Below are positions 1-14,887 of a DNA stretch of 64,000 nucleotides, in pieces; within the stretch, counting starts at the first letter, position 1, and each line of letters starts with the position of its first letter. Below the pieces are notes generated by a model that was given only the letters and a program-made list of their open reading frames with translations, did not search any database and had not been told where the DNA came from. The stretch is from assembly GCF_009914755.1 (NCBI RefSeq), contig NC_060935.1; one strand, 5' to 3'. Source of the DNA: the human T2T-CHM13v2.0 reference genome, Homo sapiens. The position numbers and the translations under genes were made by a program.

Positions 1-312
1 CTAAGTTCACATAAATACTTAGTGGGAGAGCCCAAGGCCAGAAAAATTATAATTCATACCCTAAGCAAACTATCCGATATTCTCTTCAGTCCACTGCAAA
101 CTTTACCTATTTTATCCTTATCATAACCCTCTAAAATAGGTATCATCTTCACCATCTTAGAGATGTGAAAACTGAGGCTCAGACACTGTGAAGTAACTCC
201 TTTAAAACCTGACAACTGTCAACTGATACAATCAAGATTGACACGCTTCTTGTCTGGCCTCCAAGGATACATGTACCTGTTTCAAGTTTTCCAGAGCTTA
301 GTTCTGAGAATT

Positions 313-502
313 CTAGTGCCAGCTCTCAACCAGTAACTTTCAAACCACCTGTGCATCAGTCTTGCCCAGGTAACTTTAAAAAATACAAACTGCTGGGCTT
401 CATCTCAGGAAGGACAATCAGAGTCTCTGGAGGAAGGGCTTCAAAATCTATATTTCTACAGAGACGGTAATTCTGATGTGTAGGGAGGTTTGAGAAACCC
501 TA
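313..502. mobile_element. MER5A-like hAT-Charlie DNA transposon remnant
   Basis: aaaaatacaaactgctgggc...ttctgatgtg...gtttgagaaacc resembles the MER5A consensus. Confidence 0.55.
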
Positions 503-679
503 ATCTAAGCAAGATATTTTATGACTGCTTCCAGTACAAAATGAGAGGGAAATGAGTTACCTAAGGCTGATGGAATGTTCAGAGCAGCTGAATCTATGTG
601 AAGGGTAGCATGGTGACCTCCTCTCAAATCCTTCTGTGTCACACAGACATACACCCAGCCCCAGTAACATAAACATATA

Positions 680-1360
<681 letters not shown>

Positions 1361-1593
1361 TATATATCTAGGAAAGCTTTAACTCCTATTGATCTTGCCT
1401 AAAGGGATCTCTATCACAATGAAAACAACAAGTGTTGCATTTTGCAGCAGTACAGTATGTATTTTGTTGGAAATACAGCAATAAGGTTTCCTTTCATCCT
1501 AATCATTTTCATTTAAAGCATCTAAATCTGAGCTGTGTTTTCTTGGTACTGAGCTAAAAAGCAATGTGGAAAACTGTTTGAATCATCACTTAC

Positions 1594-1819
1594 CAAGGTG
1601 CACCGTATATCCTGAATCCCTTCACTGTTACCTCCGAATCTTGTAAGTAAATACTGTTTGTCAGGAGGGACTGAACATTGTCAAAGTCCTCTGGTTTCAA
1701 TTTGGACACAGAGGGGAAACGGTAGTAGTCCTGTTTAACAAGGTCTGCCATGAATTCCTTATCAAATGTCAGTTCATGATTCCCAGCAATCACTATTTTA
1801 TATTCATATGGCAGGTTTC
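1594..1819 (-). CDS. MPPED2: MPPED2 coding exon (probably exon 4), 226 bp: (G)NLPYEYKIVIAGNHELTFDKEFMADLVKQDYYRFPSVSKLKPEDFDNVQSLLTNSIYLQDSEVTVKGFRIYGAP(W)
   Basis: Contains metallophosphoesterase motif III (GNHE). Acceptor ctcttttttcttatttcAG|GA (AG at 1821-1820); donor TG|GTAAGT (GT at 1593-1592). Phase fits the upstream exon (G|GA = Gly). Confidence 0.96.
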
Positions 1820-1849
1820 CTGAAATAAGAAAAAAGAGCACCAATTAGC
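1820..1849 (-). promoter_or_regulatory. 3' splice site with candidate branch point GCTAAT (branch A at about 1845) and polypyrimidine tract
   Basis: Minus strand reads gtgctaattggtgctcttttttcttatttcag. Confidence 0.7.
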
Positions 1850-4602
1850 ACGTTCATTTCCCATCACAAAGTACAACAGCCGAGACTGTGTGATTAGCAG
1901 ACAGCTCACCCAAATGAAATAGCTCGCAAATTCCTTTACATTTCCATGTGAACTGGAATTTATGACTACTACTTTATGCTAACAAAAATGACAATAACGG
2001 GAAATAGGAAGCTGCTAAGTAGCTAAAACGTTGCTAAAAAGACATTAAGTTTTCTAGTTCCATTTCCCTCTTCTGTATGCTATGTATTCATTGTGATGAA
2101 TCCACAGGGTAATGAATCCACACTTTATATTTATCCAGTAAAAAGCTCTTTAATCACGATCCTTAAGAGAAGGTCTGTACCTAGTTTGGTCCTCAAAACA
2201 TAATCTAACCAACTATTCTTAACAACTTAGATAACTACTAGATTTTTAGTATATGCTTCATACTAAAGACATGGCATAGTCAAACATTCCATAATTGACA
2301 TACATTAAAGGAACCAGATAGTATAATTTCATATTTCAACTCTAATTTTAAGTTTCCTTTTTGGGTTGTGAATAAAAAGAACATTAGTAAGGGCCCCCTG
2401 ATTAGAAGGCTAACTTTCCTCCTATTGGGATGGGAGAAGAAACTGTAAAGTTTAACCCTCTTTTAATATTTATGGTATGGAAATGTGAGTTCTCAGTGTG
2501 TGCTTTTTATGCAAAAGTTTCCTGATCAAAATGAGATAATTCTGGGAAGAAGAATGAAAGCTTTAAAGGAAAACCCAAACACCAGACTTCTGCATAGATT
2601 TATAATGTTTGAATAAAGTACGGGTCATACATATTAATAACTCACCGTGATGCTATAAGAACGAATATCCAAAGGGAGATAGTGCCGGGCAGCTGTCCCC
2701 ACCTGAAATTAATGTTCTTTTCCTTACTCTGTCACTACCCATCCCTCAAGCCTCACTGTTCATCTGCTGCTTTTTATTTTATTTTATTTTGGAGGAAAAA
2801 AAGAGTGGGACAATGGCACCTATAATTCCAGCTTTCTGAGACCTATGGGTCTGATGTGAAATTAATGTTTCCTGCTATTCCAGGAAGAATTAAAGTTACC
2901 ACTAGCAGGAAATTGGATACACTTGTTGTAAGAACTGGTCCTTACCAGCAAGCCAGAGTCTCAATGATTTCATTAAGGAAACTTAGTGGGGAAGAGAATT
3001 TTGTGGGCGGGGGGGTGGGGGGAGGTGAGGGGAGCAAGTTCCATCGTCAGTCCACTTGGATTTCAGCAATTCAAACTGTAAAGATTACATTGTGAAGTCC
3101 ACACAGTCTCAGCAGCACATCACAAACATATTTGCTAATATTGAAGCAGTTTTTAAGACTGCCAAACCATGTTTTGTATATTACTGCCTTTTCTTTAGTT
3201 ATTAATTGTTAGATTTCTGACAATAATAAAATTGCATATATAGCAAGGGCAATAATGGGGAGGCTTAAGAGAGAGATGAAAGCAGTCTGATAGAAAATAA
3301 CACTGCAGAGAGAGGAAACCAGAAACGCTGAGGCCAAGCAGCAATGGATATCTTTGACTACTAGCCCACAGTGCTGTATGTCACGTCTTTGGCCTCAGTT
3401 ATTTGTAAGGCTATGCTGAAGAGTTCAAAAAAGAATAGGAAGCCTCCCTCAAATGCATGTTTATGCGAATTTGGTAATTAAGAGTATGATGTACATAGCA
3501 AGTTGTTTGGATAGAATGGTGGTATCTTGCACAATTCCAGAACTTCAAGTGCAGATGAAAGATATATCAATAGGGCCACAAATTCCCAGTACTGCACATG
3601 CTGGAAATTTGTGAGAGACCCTACAACTCTAATATCATGGCTCTGTGACCCTATGAGTCTAATAGTGCTCCCCGCCCCAATTCACCTGTGCTCCCAAAGC
3701 CGGAACAGGCTAAAACGTTTTCCCAGACAGCAATGTCTTCCAAGGCCGGTCCTTACTGTGTGATTCTTAGAGCAGAAGATTTTACCTGTACAAGTCACAC
3801 TGTAGTTGCCCAGTTCCCCTTTAATCATTCACGATGATGGGACTCACTGTAAACCCTTTCATTATGTGCCACCGCTCTTGCAGGAAGCCTGGGTTTCTCA
3901 ATTTATCCTCGTTTTAGGGCTCGGGTTCAGGGACAGCGTGGGTGAGACTAGCCACTATGGCAAAGGAAGTATATTTTCCCCCTTCAGACTGGGTTTTTCC
4001 TTTCTTTCTTTCTTTCTTTCTTTTTAGTAAAACTGCTGCAAAGTATATCTTTCTCAGAAAGACAAGCATCTTTGGTGTCTTTTAAATCAAATTTTGGAGA
4101 CTCAGCATAAAAAGGTAGCCACCAAAATGAAGAGCCACAAAAAAGGTGATGATATTTACACATCACCAACAAACTCATCTTTTTCCGAGAATCCAGTAGT
4201 AGCTTCCAACTTCTATCCTCTGTTACCGATGTTATGAGATTGTCTGACATATTTTCTTTTTTGCTGAACTGACCTTTCATCTATAATCTGCCAACCTTTA
4301 TGTTTTATATGAAAAGTGTAAACAGGGCAGCTGACAAATCTCCTGTTACTTGATGGCATTTTCGTTGTTTTTTTTTTTCCAGACTAGATTAATTGGGAAG
4401 GCCCTGCAGTCAAGCTTCAAACTTCTTGGTATTCAAATAGCAACACTTTAAAATTGTCAGGCAAAGAGGTGCCTGCCTTTTTCCATTTTATTCAGATCAT
4501 GCCAGCTAAGCTGACCTGCTTGTATAAAAAAAACCAAGGCCATATATATACTCTAACATGGAAAAAAAATCCTTGCTCTGAATGACCCAAAGAACTCTAC
4601 CA

Positions 4603-4863
4603 GCCGGGCACGGTGGCTCACACCCGGAATCCCAGCACTTTGGGAGGTCAAGACAGGCAGATCACCTGAGGTCAGGAGTTTGAGACCAGCCTGGCCAATG
4701 TGATAAAACCCTATCTCTACTAAAAATACAAAAATTAGCCGGGTGTGGTAGCAGGAGAATTGCTTGAACCCCGGAGGTGCAGGTTGCTGTGAGCCGAGAT
4801 TGAACCACTGTACTCCAGCCTGGGTGACAAGAGCAAAACTTGTCTCAAAAAAAAAAAAAAAAA
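4603..4863 (+). mobile_element. AluS (Sq/Sp-like) with internal right-arm deletion
   Basis: Alu consensus; TSD aaagaac(t/g)ctacca; junction gtggta|gcaggagaat skips about 33 nt. Confidence 0.92.
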
Positions 4864-5563
4864 GAACGCTACCAACCAACCAGTTTCATCGTTCCCAAGG
4901 CATGGTCTATGTTCCACTAATGGTACACAAGATTATTTTAGGTGAAATGGAAAGGAACCTTTGACAAAATGTCAAATAGTTTTGTATTTTAAAACTACTT
5001 TTAAGAATGCATTGTTTGGACAAATACAATATAAAAGTATAAGTAATGATATATAGCTTCCTTTTTTCTATCTTTATATGTAAAATAAGAGGTAATTTCA
5101 AGAAAATTACTGAGCAAATAGTAGAGGTAACTTACAGGGACAATAAAGTGACAATGGTAGGAAGTGAATTAATGAGATGTGGAAAACTTGCTCATCAGTT
5201 CAGGTTAGAGCTACAGAATGTAAGTGAGACCATAAAAGAGGCAGTTATTTGAGTTTTATCTATTCTGTATCTTCTGCACTTAGTGGTGTCACATAAGTAG
5301 ATACTCATGAACTGAAAGTCAACAGGGTCCTCGCTGCTACTTGACGTTCTAAGTGCCCCACACTCCAGCCACTACCTCCCCAAAGCAGCCATCACAAAAT
5401 TTGTCCAGGTTCCTCTCTAGCTCCCAGGCTCCAACTGAGCCCCTCTCCAGACATGCAAAATACCCTCTAACCACATGTGTACAGAAGGAGGGAGGTTCTC
5501 TTCACTTCTGCCTTTTCACTTTCCCATCACACCATCTGTTTGCATCTTCTTATCTTTCTAACA

Positions 5564-5795
5564 GAGGTTGAGCATCCTTTATCTGAAATGCTTGTGACCA
5601 GAATCATTTAGGATTTTGGATTTTTTCAGATTTTGGAATATTTGTGTTACACTGATTGAACATTCCAAATCCCAAAATCCAAAATCTGAAATGCTCCAAT
5701 GAACATTTTCACTGAGTGTCATGTCAGTGCTCAAAATGTTTCAGATTTTGGAACACTTTGGATTTTGGATTCTCATAGTAGGGATGTTCAATTTG
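5564..5795. mobile_element. Tigger4a/MER46A-like DNA transposon
   Basis: TIR-like ends aggttgagcatcc ... gggatgttcaatttg and internal ggattttgga/tccaaaatcc motifs. Confidence 0.7.
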
Positions 5796-6779
5796 CAAAT
5801 TGGCCTCTTAATCTGATTCCTCCCACTCCCATAAGCACCTTCCTTTTCCAGGCATCTCCTCTCTTTGATATTTTGGGCCTCTCTCTATACATTGAATCCT
5901 CCTCCTTGGTGAGTTTATATTTACCCACTCCAAGAAAACAAAAACAAACAACCCTTGACACATACACACACACATACGTGCCTCAAACATGATCGTAAAC
6001 ATTCCTTGACTTTTTTGCTTCTTTGAGATGCTTCCTCATTTCACTTCTAAACTTCTTAAAAGAGGATTCCATAAGCTTGCTGCTGGTGGGACCAATTCAG
6101 CCCTCAGATGTGTCATGCTTAGCCCTCAACTGAGGTTATTATTTGTTTGTTTGTTTTTTGTTTTGTTTTGTTTTTGTAATGAACTAACATCTAGAACTCA
6201 GGAAATATCACCCAAAAGTTTCTGCACTTCCAGCTTCTTGTGGGAAATCAAAAGATCAGGCAAAACTGACCTCCAGTCTGCCAAGAGATCTCCCCTCTCT
6301 GATTTCTTCTCATACAGCCCACTTACCACATTTGTTCTGCCTGATGGGCCACTATATTAATAGATTTAACAATGTACAGCCAAATGGTTACTCAAAAATT
6401 ACTCAATGCAATCTGGCTTCTGCTTCTACTCTCCTTCCAAAAGCGTCCCTGGAATGTGACTAATAACCTCCTAATGGCCAAAGCCATGGCTTTATTTGAA
6501 TTCTGACCTCTGTTGATCACACTACAGTGGTGTGATCCATTCCCTTGATTACTGCTGTGGCACTCTCCAAGTTCTCCTCCTCCCTCTCTGATATTTCCTC
6601 TCCTCTCTCTTCTTCCTCAGCTTCCTTTGCATCCTATCTCATCTGCATGCTTATTCCATGACACTCTCCTTATTCATCTTTACTTCTATGGGCAGTATGT
6701 AATAGTTTCTTACTGTGCTTCTCACATTTCTATTCCTAATGATTCGATTTTAAAACTATTACAATTTAAACTGTGGACG

Positions 6780-6990
6780 CAGCATGGGGATAAGAATGGG
6801 GACTCTGTAGTCTCTGCTACATGTTAGCTGTATGACCTTGGAGATTCCTTATGTTCTCTAAAGTGTGCTAGCAAAATGGGGATAATAACACCTACCTCAT
6901 GAGTTTTGGCAAAGATAAAATGAAATTTAGCCTCTAAAGCACATGCATGGTGCAGAGTAAACCATCAGTGCACGTTCACTATTATTACTC
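6780..6990 (+). mobile_element. MIR
   Basis: MIR core: tagctgtatgaccttgg...aaaatggggataataacacctacctcat. Confidence 0.65.
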
Positions 6991-9307
6991 CATTTTTGAG
7001 TTTTGCTTTTGCATGTGACTTGTATCCCCATAGACTTGAAGACATGGATCATGGCTTGTTGTTCCTTATTGACCCAAAGTACCTAGTCCCGTATCTTCAA
7101 AATGGCAGACACACAACTCAGATTTGTTGAGTAAGTGAAGGAACGAATGAACCTCCACAAGACTTCCTGGTAACTTCCATAGAATTCCAGGAACTCGGGT
7201 TGTCATCTTGGGCTATGGTAAGGTTTAAGCCAATGTCACATTTTCTTCCAACTTTAAGCCCGCATGAAGTGTCCTGTTCCTTCTCCCCAACATCCAGTCT
7301 AGCCGACTAATCTCCAACTCTTTTTAAACTACAGTTTTCTCAGATATAAATAGGGTAAAAATAAAATACTGCTTCTAAAGTATGGTGAGGATTAAACAAC
7401 ATCCTGCATATAAACAACCTGCACAGTTTCTGACACTCTATATTCACTCAACAGACATTAGCTGTGTTGTTATGTTATTGTCATGACCATCTTTCCCAAT
7501 CGCCATCAATAAATCATTGGTTTATCCACAAATTGGACCACTCCCTGATGCCAGGCACAATGTCACTACTCTCAAAGCAAAGCATCTGAAGACGAAAAAG
7601 AACATTTTGATTTTTCTCATGGCAGAAACTGGCATGTTCCAACATGTCTTTCAAACTAACAAAAGTATTATTAGGGCCAATAAGCATTTGGATCTAAAAG
7701 TGAAGGTCAGTGCGGCTATGAGGTCTCCAACCTGCACACAATGCAAACACAGCACCTCTGTTGAGATAATCCTAACCTCGCACAATGTATTCCCTTAACA
7801 CACAACTTTTTGCCTCCTTCTCTCATCCAGATATCTCTGTCTTCCAGTATTTATCAAATACCAAAAAATGTGCCGAGTGGCCTCTCATTCATGAATGATT
7901 AGTATAACCTGTAATAGATAGCATCCAGACTGTTTCTCTCAAGAGTGACTACTCATGCAGAATATCCAGAATTTCTTCTTAGAATCAGGTGGGGTTATTC
8001 TTCTATGAGCATGCAGCAAGGAATAGATGAAAAGTTTAAGATCTCCAGCTATGCACATGTCTGATGAACTCTATAACAATGTTAAAACAAACACATAGCA
8101 ACTTATGTCAAAGTCAGCATAACTCCCTTATAAAACTCTGGACATTTAACATGCCACTTATAATGGCTCTGATGAATCACAACACATGAACCCCTAAGGG
8201 TCCTCCAAGACAATCTAGTGGTTTGAAGCTGTGCTCCGTGAAGCCTCCCCAGGGATGGAGAAGGGCAGAGGGGAACGACCTTCTCTGAGGTTCACCAGAG
8301 CAGCTATGCTTTCCTTGATTTTACCATCTGGGGAAAGATTTCATCATTCTAAGAAAGTTAACCCTGGCTTAAAAAAATTAAGAGGAAACCACTGATTCAT
8401 GCAATTCCATTTTATGGATGAAGAAACTGAGTGCCAGAGAGGTGCTGCCACTTACTAAGTGCAGTCACAGGCCACAAGTGGGGCCAGAATCTAGCTCTTT
8501 GGCTCCCAGACCAGTAGTTTTCAGATGACCCCACATATGTGACAACTTGATAAAGTTTGACTTAAGGCCTACTCATACATGAATCCTCCTCATGCCATTA
8601 TCCATCTATAGTAACCTTTTATCTAATATTAAGCATTTATGGCCCTTTTAGTTTGTACCCACGAAACAGAACTCTCCATTCTAGATGCTTCTCTGGCTAT
8701 ATCACAGACTTCTCCTGTATGGGAAATAAAGCAGTGTCAGCCTCATGCTGTAACAATTAAAACACATCCTGGCTTAATTAAAACATTCCCCGAATGCTAC
8801 TGCAGCTGTTGGTACAATTTCTTATCTACAGGCTCCCAGGAGAATGTGGGAGCCTACCCAGTGAAGAGAAGGCCAACTTTATGTGAGGTCCCAGAATCTA
8901 AAAACTTGTTGCTACAATTATGAGGATGAGATTTTGATAGGAAAATGGAGGTCTGAGGTAATAAATTCAAACACCTACATGGACTAGGGAGGTAAAGAAA
9001 CAATGTGAATTGAGCTGAACTAGGTGGAAGATAATAGAGAACAATGAGGGGACTGGGGGCACATGTGCATCAGCATTTTAAAATAAACATATATAAGCAC
9101 TGCTCTGGCCAAACGTGATCTCCTCTCTAGCTTGCCCCTCTCCCTCAATACAAGTTAATGTTCCTCAAAAATAAGTATCAAACAACTGCAATCAGGTTTT
9201 CTGCTATAAATCATTATAGAATGAATTCCTCTAGAAAATTCAAGTTTAGGTCAAACCAAAATCCAAGGTCAATTCCAGAACATTTACTTTTCCCAGGAAT
9301 CTGCCTG

Positions 9308-9679
9308 TGATATGGTTTGGCTGTGTCCCCATCCAAATCTCATCTTGAATTGTAGCTCCTGTTATCCCCACGTGTTGTGGGAAGGATCTGGTGGGAGGTA
9401 ATTGAATCATGAGGGTGGTTATCCTCATGCTGGTCTCATGATAGTAAGTTCTCACGAGATTTGATGGTTTTATAAGGGGCTTTACCTCCTTTTGCTCAGC
9501 ACTTCTGCTTGCTGCCGCCATGTGAAGAAAGACGTGTAGGCTTCCCCTTCCGCCATGATTATAAGTTTCCTAAGGCCTACCCAGCCTTGCTGAACTATGA
9601 GTCAATTAAACCTCTCTCCTTTATAAATTACCCAGTCTCAGGTATATCTTTAGTAACAGCATGAGAACAGACTAATACA
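9308..9679 (+). mobile_element. THE1-family (ERVL-MaLR) solo LTR
   Basis: TGATATGGTTTGGCTGTGTCCCC...GACTAATACA with 5-bp TSD GCCTG at 9303-9307 and 9680-9684. Confidence 0.92.
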
Positions 9680-12321
9680 GCCTGCCAACTTTCAGAAGAC
9701 AACTCTTGCCTCATACTCTTCATTCCCCATGAACAGGGAATATGGAAAACAGGGTCGATCACAATCATCAGGTCGTGGTTAACACCAAATATCCTTTCTC
9801 CACACCCTTTTTTTTAAAATCAGAGATCTGGTCAGCAAGGCTAATTGATTACTATCTCCTATTTACTCCTGCTAAAACCAAGAGAAAAACCCCAGCATTC
9901 AGCAGTAGTTCTTTGTGAAAGAGAGCCTCCAAAAGCAAACATGGCTTGTCATTTTCCTGTATAAAAGAAAACCTAGTTCCATAAAGCTGACATATTTTAA
10001 GACTGCCAATCCCTATGCCCTCTCCCCTCTATTCTCCCATATTATAGATTTTTAAAATATATAAGGAAACCAAAAATGTCTGGGGCATAGCACTCACAGT
10101 CAGTAAAGCTCATTCTATAGCAGGAGGAAAAACAACAGAGATGACAGGACAGAAGAAGAACTTGCTATGGCTCCCAGGTGCCCAGGAAAATCAAATTCAC
10201 AAGGCACAGCCTTCAGGCTCACTTTCCCTTGGTAATGTGCTAGAAAAAAAAGCTAACTTGTTGGGATTTAAAAGAATCAAACAAATATATAGTCAGACCT
10301 GTTATCACAGGACTGTTTCTAAATAAGAGATATACAACAATTTGATCACATTTCTGAAACCTGCCTGCAATGGGGCAGTGCCAGATGCCTGTTTTAAAAC
10401 CCTGTTCCCTAATGCCAGTGATATAAAGTTACTTTGTTTCACCCAAGGCACACAGAAGGAGGAAATTTTTCCTATTTAAAATTATTATTATATGTTTAAT
10501 ATTGTAACTCCAGCAGGAACAGGGAAAATGTTAAAACTTTTGAAGCCTCTCTATTTCACTGAGGAATGAATAAGAATAACCTGGGCTTGAAAACTGGCCA
10601 AGCAGAAAATTCTGCAGGAAGATGAAAGGAAAAAAGTAATACCAACTGCTAGGAGCATGGAAGAACTATGAGGCTCAGGATGGGCTAAGGAGACATTTCA
10701 TCTAAATTCCTTCCTTGGCAATTACTGGGGGCTGATAGCAGAGAAGGCCTGAGTCCAGCCTGGAGGTGGGGAGGGGGTTCTATAAGCTATGAGGAGGCAG
10801 AGCCAACTTTTTGCTGCTGTACCCCTGGCACCTAGAAGAATGCTTAGCACTTAGTTGGTACCCACTGCATACTCCAGAAATCCCCCTTGGCTCCACAGTT
10901 TGCACTCACTTGACTCAGCTACAAAACCACCAGAAACATTCAGTCAGGGCAAGCTCTGTCTCTGACCTCAGTCTGTCCCCCGTCAGGCTCCATTAATTTT
11001 CACAAGTCCTGACAGCTCTAACGTTAATACTCACACTTGCTGATGGAGCCACACAGCAGGTTCAGACTGCTACCTTCTCCTCTGAAACTCATGCATTAGG
11101 GTTTCTTCCATGCTTGCAATGGGAAACCAGGTCTAAGAAATATTAAACACAGAAAACTATATTACAATAATGTCAGGGCTGAGCCAGAAACCCAGGAGAA
11201 GGCAGGGGATGCGGAGTGAAAGCCCGGTGGTCCACTGCAGGAATGAGCACCAGTGTAAGACACCACAGCGGAAATGCTCCCTCCTCCGCTTCAGCCTCCT
11301 CCATAAAGAGAATCCCAAGGCACCAGGAGATGTGATAAACCTTAGTCCACACAAAGAAGACAAAAGTCCACTCCCCATCCCTTACAGTAGTCACTACTGC
11401 ATTGCACTGATGGCAGGTAACAACTGACAAGTGCAAATGATGGGGAAGCAGGCCATTAATATCCACAATTTTTAGACCACGAAAACTGCCCAGAGATTTT
11501 ATTGCTGCTCAGCAACTCCTTATTTGTAAGCATTCTTGCCTCAACCATGGCCTTATTCCAACACAACTTTTTGTGACCTAAACACACACACGTACACACT
11601 CGCACATACTCATTCACGCTTATATATATTTTTAAGACAACCACAAGGTAGTAGAAATGAATGACACTATCCTCCTTGCTTCCCAACCGAGTATCTCTAA
11701 GTTGCCACCCAAATCAACATGGCATGTTCTAAATGGGAATCCCTAGTGGTAACCGTCCACCTAAATGCAACTCCAATTATATTCCAGTATTGCCATCTGG
11801 CTGGACAAAAGAATCATAAGGTAGACTCTTCCACTGTTTATTTTATCCAAACTTTCCTTTACAAATGAGGGTCTTGGCTTATAAAGAAAGATTTATACAA
11901 CAAATTCGATCTGAACAATCAGACTAGCTTCTAAAGACCCTTCAATCTACTTCCTCAAGCATTAGAAAACCGCATCCAAATCAAGGTTCCACCAGATAAT
12001 CACAAGAAAAATTGGTAAAGACATTGTCAGGTTTCATCTGGATCAGTTGTGTGCATGTTTATACAACCTGAACTTACAGGAATATGTGGCATAAAGGAAA
12101 GAGTGTGGACTTTGGAGTCAGACAGATTTCGGATCAAGTTCCTGCTTCTGTCACTTATTACCTGTTAAACTCAGACTCCAAACACATAATTTTAGCTTCA
12201 CAATACTCATCAGGAAAAAAGAAAAAGAATAATTGTACAATCTACCTTATGAAGTGGGTATGGGGAATAAGTGAGAGCAGGAAAGGACCAAATACAATAC
12301 CTGCCACATAAAGGATGATAA

Positions 12322-12642
<321 letters not shown>

Positions 12643-14746
12643 TATTACTGTTATTTTTATCCTGTCTTCTGTTTTGCAGTGTAACTTAGATCAGAATAAG
12701 GAGCCCATCTCCTATGTTCTACCTCTTTAAAAGAGTATTTAATAAATATCTTTAATAAACTAGTAGTGTTGGCTGACAAAGTCTCTGATGAGATGAAGAA
12801 TGATATGTTTATTTTTCCCCCACAAAGCCTTTAAAAAGCAACTGAGAAAAAGGTGTTCCTTCCAGCAATAATTATAAAATAAGTGGCAATTATTCTACTG
12901 AATAACTAGAGGAACAAATGCAAATCCTGTGTGTTTGCATTTTAAACCATTAAGTATGGTGATGATCAAATTAAATAAAAATAACATAAGGCATAAAGGC
13001 CATATCTTTTAAAAGAAATAACCATTTTAGAGGCTTTTTAAATTCCTCCCCTCCTTAAGCCTGCAAATAAGAATTTTAAAAATCTTTTTGTAATAACTAC
13101 TGTCATTTTTGCATGCTGAAATAACATTTGGGCAGATGATGCAGGATTTCCGAATGCAGGAATTCTGCGGGGCAGGGCTGCAGAAACCAGAATGGAGGGT
13201 TGACAGTGGAAATAAAATCTCTGCGTTAACAGCGCCACTGGGGCTAAATGAAAATGGTCTTCCAGAACTTGATTAAAACTAAATTGAAAAAGAACATATT
13301 TGGCTAATATTACATTAGACTAAAATATAGAAATGAACCCTAATACTCTCAAAATCTAATAAGAAAAAGCCATCTCAATTTCCAAACTTTCAAAGCATCT
13401 TCTTTAAATGCATCACAGATCAATTTACATGGTACTTTTGTCAATAAGCAAAACCAAATCATGGGTTCCAATTGGCTTATATTGGAAAGTGTAAGAGCAA
13501 ATGCTAGAAAATGCAATTACTGCAAACAAACTCCATTTTCTTCCCTCTGAAGGGAATTTCGGGGAATATTTTATTGCCATCAAATAATATTTCTGAAGGC
13601 ATCAATACACAGTTCTATTCTCCTTTCTGAATCCCCACTCACTGTATAATCTAATCCACTCTACAGAATATCCTGAAATTTAGAGAAGTGCCTACGAAAG
13701 GGGATATTACCTTGCACACACATCCTATGTCAATTTTAATAATATCCACGCTGGACAGGAAGCTGCATAGAGCAAAATTTAGGAGCCAGTAAAATTGATT
13801 CTTCCCATTTTATAACTCAAAATTTGAGTGAAGCATTTCAAGTACAATATTTACAAAGAAACCCCTCAGAGAAGGTTATTTTGATCAATAGTGGCAGTGA
13901 CAATATAGAGGGAATGGAGACCATATTCATTTCCTTTTCCATTCTGCTTTCTCCACCCCTCAATGGGCAACATTTACTACTATAAGAGCTACCCTGAATC
14001 AGAGCCACTAAGACTTCCTGGGGGGTGTGAAATCATGAAGTCTCCTTTGGATAATGTTTTGGTTCCACTGGAACACATTTCCAATAGTCTCCGATATTTC
14101 TTTGGCAATGCTTTTATGGCTTTATCCCACAAGCCTCCCGCTGGTATGAAGCAGTAAAAAGTACGTAGTATAATTCCTCAGGAAGAAAGGATTTCTGGAA
14201 ATTCCATCATGGCCCTTGGTACCCAAGGTTCCAAGAAGCAGAATTGGAGGTCTATTTTACTTTCTACATTTTCATTCCTTACTCATGGGTTTTCCAATTT
14301 CTAGAGATCTAGGCCTCAGCATCTTAAAATTTATCAAGAGATAAATTTACACTGTCTTCCTAAATCTGTGTTTTCTCCTAATTAGTATAATTAAGGCACA
14401 AAGTATTCCATAAAGTTCTTCCTTAAATAATTTGAATTAAGTATTTTAAGGAATTCAGGTAATCGGAACACAGTTGGAGAGCATACTCTGTCTGCTGAAC
14501 GTTGTTCCAAAGCAAGACACAAAAATAAATACATAAAAAGGTGTTTGGCATGACAGTAAAATGAAAAAATTTAAAAAATGTGTTTGTTCTATGAGGGTCT
14601 TTGTTCCTAGACATGTGAAGTCAGGTAAATGCATACTATATTTGCCTTAAATTGTTCATTAAAAAACATGTAAATTTCTCTCCCTCCTCATACATATGCA
14701 TACACTCTGTCAAAGAGCAGATTTCCCCTACTTTTTGGTTTGCTTC

Positions 14747-14887
14747 TTTTATGGGCTGAATTGTGTTCCCCCAAAATGCATAGACCAAACCTGCTAGTAG
14801 CCTCCACAACTGTGAGAAAATAAATGTCTGTTGTTTAAACCACATAGTCTGTGTTTCCATGGTTGACAGCCCTAGCAAAGTAATACC
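14747..14887 (+). mobile_element. MLT1-type LTR with a large internal deletion
   Basis: 5' end tatgggctgaattgtgttcccc joined to 3' end actgtgagaaaataaatgtctgttgtttaa...cagccctagcaaagtaatac. Confidence 0.7.

Noticed and set aside
1590-1844. ORF-track start and stop codons around the MPPED2 exons (also 42279-42539)
   Set aside because: The extensions are intronic read-through; the true limits are the splice sites.
9246-9521. ORFs 9246-9521 and 61748-61930 sharing IKPSxLVR
   Set aside because: Both are antisense translations of THE1 LTRs, not paralogous genes.
13225-13247. CTCF-like agcgccactggggc
   Set aside because: Core spacing is one base short of the CTCF consensus.
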